DNA of 51,308 nucleotides, counting the filler, from Bipalium vagum (taxonomy: Eukaryota): the NCBI GenBank assembly GCA_037834085.1. It is 3 parts of 3 records of this genome, joined end to end, with 100 filler letters (N's around TTAATTAATTAA, not from the genome) between each part and the next. Parts side by side here need not be neighbours in the genome. Positions count along the whole stretch, not along the records: positions 32,537 to 51,308 come from JBBMKC010020013.1; 2 more parts are not named here. One strand, 5' to 3'. The notes beneath the pieces were generated by a model. It saw nothing but the letters and a program-made list of their open reading frames with translations, did not search any database and was not told the DNA's origin. Positions 47,101 through 51,308 of the stretch are shown here, piece after piece. Numbering within the stretch: the first letter of the stretch is position 1; every line of letters begins with the position of its first letter. The position numbers were made by a program, and so were the translations under genes.

Positions 47101-49801
47101 TAATGAATTTTTTATACTCTTTTAAGACTTCTAAAAGTACAATGATATTAATATATTTGTTTTATTAAAATAAATTTTTATGGAACTTGTATTCATTATA
47201 ATGGATGGTTGAAAAGTTTTGGTATTTTTTAAAATATATTTAATAGCACTTAAGCCGAGATGTTAACTATGCAAACAATTAAATAAAATGATTTTTCACA
47301 GATAAGGATTGCTGTTTTTGCAGAGTGCGTCCGTGCCCAGTCTTTTTGAAGCACACATTGATGTCCGTCGAAAACGTTTTTCGCTCACGGTTGCAGGACA
47401 TTTCGAAGAATGATTTCCTGGTAGAAAGCAGCATTTATTTTGACTTTTTGTGGATGAATACAATGGATGTCTTTCCAGATGCACAGATCCTATACCAGAC
47501 CATGACTGATGCTAGAAAATGCCGTTGAGTAACTATTTTTGTTGTATAGTAGTTCCGACCATGCTTTTTCAACAGTTGGTGATCATTTTGACAGCTATGT
47601 GCACGCTCAACTGTGAAGATTTTTTCATCTGTTTTGTAACCGATCAGCACCAACCGGACGCAAGATCTTGTGGGCATTTTGATATCGATTAATCTTCGAT
47701 GTTTCACTTAGATAGCTCTCAGACAAAAATTGTAGCTATGCATATTTAGCTATTTACAAACAATAAATTTAACATGTTCTCGATTGATATTATGCTGCTT
47801 TGACATTTCTCGCGTGGACCTCTCTTGGGTTTTGTTTTATTCGTCACATTCTTTTTCAGAGGCTGGACATATACTTTGAAGATGTCTTCACTCGTATCAA
47901 ACTTGTGGAAAGGTTCCAAAGCTCGCTAGGCCTTCATTTTTCCATATCCAGTGACGTTAGCAATGTCAGTATTCTTCATACCGATCTTGTGCAAATTGAA
48001 TATTGGACGATATTTTGATAAATAAAAGATTGTATAGTCTTTTTCTCACTTAATGTTGACAGATGAAAGTTATAAAAAGGAAATTTCATATGTACCAACC
48101 TGGTCATTAACTTATTTCAGGTATATATTTATTTGTTTAACATAGCATTCATTATTCACCATCCGATCTTTCTTTTCCATAATTTTACTCTCTTAATTTT
48201 TACTTGATCTTGATTATGATATTTTCGTGATCGATGTTTCTTTTCATCAATTCTGGTCACCTTTTACAATGTATCAGTAGATCACGAAACGAAAGGCTTG
48301 ATCAGGTTTTCAGCACCTCATAATGCGCAATGTCCTTCGAATTACAGAAAACTAACATCAATACAGTTTCTTCACTGTCTGTATCAATGATCTTTTTCCA
48401 ACAATATTATCTTATCTTATATATTTTATAATCTGTCTTATTAACATCAAGAAGTTTTAAGTCCATAATTTATTTCATCAAAAATCTGAATTTTTAAATT
48501 ATTTTAATTTTATTCAAATTTTAAAAAACTAATTATTTAATTATTAATTTACTTAAAATTATATATATAATTATATCGAATATTTAAAATAAAAATATTT
48601 ATTCTAATTATTTTTTTATTGAAATTAAATTATAATCAAAATTAAAAATTCCAACGGTCTCATTAAACTCATTATATCAACTAATAAAACCTAGATTTCT
48701 TTTCGTTTCATCAACGAACCAGTATATATTACAACTATCATTTTTACAAGAAATAAAATATAAATATCTATTACCTTTTTAAATACAAACCTCACGTGAA
48801 TGATTTTAAGTTTACTTTTATTTTAATTTTTTTCAATGAGTTGCCAAGACAACAAACGTGACGACCTTCATACATTAAAGCGCGATAAATCAATTGATCT
48901 GTTTATTTAGTAGAAATATGAATCAAGCAAGCATTTCAAGAATTTTGTTTTTCAATAATTTATTTTTCCTTATATCAGTTTATTTAATAAGTATTTTTTT
49001 CTTTATCTCTTAAACACAGAAAATTATCCCCATTTTGAATTGAGAAAACTTTTTTTCCATGGTCATTCTTTTCAATGAATTGATTGCTTATTATAGTCAT
49101 CAACTTTGTAATCTATTTTATGAATAAATCCACAGGACCAAACTACGGAATTTTTCAAGATTGCTCGTAATTCAATTAATTAATTCTTTTCAAATAAGAA
49201 TGGGTGACAGTATTTTTTAATATTGATAAAACCATTTTTAAAAATGTTGGATATTTATTAATAGATTACTTCTTTTATAAATTCGAACAATTGCGAGTCA
49301 CGAGTTATTAAAACCGTTAATTGATACAAAATGTGCACAGACAAGTGTTCAATCTTTACACTAGACCTCAGAGAACATTCTTCCAATAAATGCAAAATTG
49401 TTAAAATAATCTAAACGAACTTTTTTATCAACAAGAAACTAAAACACACTTACATTGGAACACATGAGATATTTACATGGCAGATAATTAATAAGATTAT
49501 CAAACATCCTCAATTGATTAATGATTCCATATTCTCTGATTTCGCCACGTAAATTTTCTTGCATGAAATGATAAAAAATAGTCTGGAAAATCGAATTTTC
49601 ATTACAATATTCCAATATATCTTCCAAGGTAGACGTTTTCTCTTCATCACATTCTTTAATGATAATCGAAATCATAACATCAACATGTTTGAAAACCGTT
49701 TCCAAATTGTTCAGATCATTAATATTGTTTATAAAGTATAAAACTTGTTGCCAATGATCAATAAAAACATCAACACATATTCTTGCACTATTATATTCCA
49801 T
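35169..49801 (-). CDS. FHIP1: FTS- and Hook-interacting protein FHIP1 (FAM160A family); 3' part not found before the contig end
   Basis: Exons 49801-49454, 49410-49270, 46998-46819, 44169-44011, 39249-39163, 39111-38944 and 35248-35169, phase-compatible with GT-AG introns. Motifs ICVDVFIDHWQQV, NQLRMFDNL, LIHRDKDIGRLSQEAIL, LVTGLSGLYSSFP, GHP...GFLSPVIGPSLH, EETISSTAYLEL and VTLSLFRTILSFHCEDIL match FAM160A. Confidence 0.9.
37300..37640 (-). mobile_element. Possible decayed Tc1/maT-like N-terminal HTH fragment
   Basis: Broken minus-strand reading ALDHKSEI...KATQKFKCSQSMIRYILSRK resembling the second HTH of Tc1-type transposases. Confidence 0.25.
40091..41362 (-). mobile_element. Near full-length Merlin DNA transposon (1272 bp) with TIRs and 8-bp TSD; transposase pseudogenised
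   Basis: ~42-bp TIRs GG(C/A)GATTGTGTAGCTTT(T/A)TACTGTAAATTATT at 40091 and inverted ending at 41362; TSD AAAAATCA (40083-40090) / AAAAATCT (41363-41370). Protein CKEC...WCCKGC...IRCNSFF, LGGPGVTVEIDKSK...KYHRG, VLPGTRIITD, IHTNTIEGTW. Confidence 0.95.
41885..43420 (+). mobile_element. Tc1-like transposon, decayed and internally deleted, with TIRs
   Basis: Left CAGTAGAGGCGAAATTAATAGGTATACCAT versus right-end reverse complement CAATAAAGGCGGAAATTAACCGGGACACCAT, with TA at 43421. HTH KSAEVKTLFDAGLSQRD...MPLSTINRL at ~42720; a W..VIFSD-like motif at ~43130-43150. Confidence 0.75.
41971..42446 (+). mobile_element. Short non-autonomous Tc1 derivative nested inside the 41885-43420 element
   Basis: Inverted ends CTCATCAAAAGTCTTAGG (41973-41990) and CCTAAGACTTTTGACGATGAG (42424-42444); internal Tc1 C-terminus LSEQWNELSSCLIESIPKKINEC...TCY*. 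Confidence 0.65.
44751..45560 (+). CDS. Intronless atypical Ser/Thr kinase (PIM/PASK-like, CAMK group), 269 aa, nested antisense in FHIP1 intron 3
   Basis: Uninterrupted ORF with VFLK, IPKE, IMDFHE...FTIVLE...MDLF (PIM-like hinge), HLDIKPEN, IIDFE, GTVGFKSPE, ALVFTFGCLLY and LILKC...PEERI; AATAAA at 45568. Confidence 0.85.
   Translation: MNISTISSNHYYNVLEIDSEGRNRVHSADDRNSRKVFLKSYIKSNKSKKFYLDKETNKLIPKEFIFLYRLSDCDYVPKIMDFHENHNWFTIVLEYFGGDWMDLFYYNQINKDEECKKTILKQVLLYMYDMAKRGFFHLDIKPENIMVNSVTGAIKIIDFEDMVYNKSADPSCIQFCTGTVGFKSPEAFSKNSVKILPALVFTFGCLLYSCLEFKNAFENKEKTINCLPPIIKNSSKAAESLILKCTRLIPEERIDFFEIINEDYLSQEG
47296..48030 (-). mobile_element. maT/DD37D (Tc1-mariner superfamily) transposase pseudogene in FHIP1 intron 2
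   Basis: HTH IFNLHKIGMKNTDIANVTG; TDEKIFTVERAHSCQND...VTQRHFLASVMVW.ICASGKTSIVFI; VKINAAFYQEIILRNVLQP*AK...QKDWARTHSAK. Stops and frameshifts; 3' part missing. Confidence 0.85.
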
Positions 49802-50049
49802 TTGGACGTTACAAAAGAATTATAAGGCCTTCTGATAATTGAAAATAATCAATTATAAATTTACTGGAGACAATTTTTAAAAATCATAAATGAACTTTAA
49901 AATAAAATAAAAGTTATGCAGTTAAACAAAATTTTTTAAATGCTGAAAATATTAAACATTAGCTTTTCTTAAGATAAAAAAACTGGTCTTTGAAAATAAT
50001 TGAATTTTAAAAATTGTTAATTGGGAAGATATTCTCATTTTTATAATGC

Positions 50050-50900
50050 CTGATGATTCGAATTAGAAACCCCATCTAACTCGGATCTACAGGGTTTATA
50101 TCAACAAAATATTTTACATTTATGAAATAATCAACTCACTTTCTTGAATGATCAATATCCAGATATCAAATTGTGTTCTTCAAATTGCTTGTTTTGTATA
50201 CTTGAAGCTCAATATCAGAATCTGACTCCAATTAAATCGTCAATGAAGTCGACTACAAATTATTATTTATTGCACCACTAAACTCGTTAGCGTATATCAA
50301 CAGCAAATAACAAGAACGCTAACAACACGGTTTCGGTAAAAGGCAATAGCAAAACCGGCAACACTGAAATAATAATTCACATCATCATCTTCATCATCAT
50401 TGCCATATTCAGTTGAATTAGGACCACACAACTTGTAATGACCAGGAACACTTGTATTTGAGTTTATCATAAATATTACTGACAATCTTTTCCTGCTTTA
50501 GACCGCTTTTCTTAATAAAATCAAAATTAGCTGTGACACTTCATCCCAATCTGAAACTCTAAATCATTTCTAGATATCCGTTCGCTTACACACATGCACG
50601 CACACACGAGAAATTATCAATAGATACCAATTACTGATTAATTGTTTCTTATAAATTGCCTGGTACATGCGTGCATGTCCCATCTGAGTGTGTGTATCAA
50701 TCTTGTCACCGCTGGAAGTTGATTTTAGTCAATGACTGCAACTTTCGATCATAAATTTTACGACATCGTAACCCATATAGCGGCATTTTTGATTATGGAT
50801 TTTCTCTTCAGTAATGTGGTTCATTGAATTTCTTTGTCGGTATCATTGCCACTTGTCTTGACAATAAACTTTGGCAATTCCCTCTGAAATATTTCATTTT
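50050..50900 (-). mobile_element. Probable decayed Mutator/MULE transposase
   Basis: VIFMINSNTSVPGHYKL resembles MULE IFMDGTFxSVPxxYxQL; a downstream SDIE...ISGY stretch resembles DFE...IxGCxFH. Many stops. Confidence 0.4.
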
Positions 50901-51308
50901 ACTTTTTAGTATAATATATCGATTTTCGTTCAACATCTCTTAAATTAGTATGAACCGACTTCAAAAGCAATAAATTATAAATTTCCAATTGTTTAGCTGA
51001 TATGTTAGAAAAGTTTTCCACGGTTCCTTTTGATAATTCTTTTTCTTTATTAATAATAATTAATTTAAAATTTCAGATTTGTCTTAATTAAAATTAAACT
51101 TGTCTTAAGCAAAAATGATTTTAAAGGTATACGTTATAATAAACACTTTAAGTGATCAGAATTATTTATTTAAAATATTTATTCATGTTCTTCAAATAGA
51201 AGAATAAAATTGAGAGTGAAAAATTCTTTTTATTATTTAAAAATCAATGAAAATATTCTAAGATAATATCATTTATTGAAAGAAAATTAAGTTAAAAAGT
51301 GGATATAT

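Noticed and set aside
53-49741. Numerous 60-110 aa ORFs in the track (e.g. 53-286, 2914-3141, 7688-8090, 25554-25784, 45239-45496, 49559-49741)
   Set aside because: They are antisense or off-frame shadows of real exons or transposases, or F/I/K/N/L-rich products of AT-rich non-coding DNA.

Overview
AT-rich animal (eukaryotic) genomic DNA with many short GT-AG introns (43-65 nt). It is not prokaryotic: I found no CRISPR array, operon or tRNA. The window is three contigs (1-15823, 15924-32436, 32537-51308) joined by artificial 100-nt linkers (N44-TTAATTAATTAA-N44). Four intron-containing host genes were reconstructed by hand from splice sites: OSBP (minus, 5' part), SRBD1/Tex (plus, complete, 14 exons, 775 aa), PARP1 (minus, complete, 14 exons, 970 aa, convergent with SRBD1) and FHIP1/FAM160A (minus, 5' part). 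An intact, intronless, atypical PIM-like kinase ORF (HLD, DFE, no glycine-rich loop) lies antisense inside a FHIP1 intron. Introns and intergenic DNA hold decayed transposons: Ty3/gypsy, two Merlin (IS1595/ISXO2-like), several Tc1/mariner/maT, pogo/Tigger, Chapaev3 and a probable Mutator. An ~85-nt 28S rRNA fragment with the sarcin-ricin loop also sits in an OSBP intron. The best leads are the nested kinase, a spliceosomal intron inside a Merlin transposase, the rRNA fragment and a 5'-to-3' GC shift across the SRBD1/PARP1 pair. I see no clear evidence for a wholly new multi-gene system. Family calls rest on recalled motifs, not database searches.
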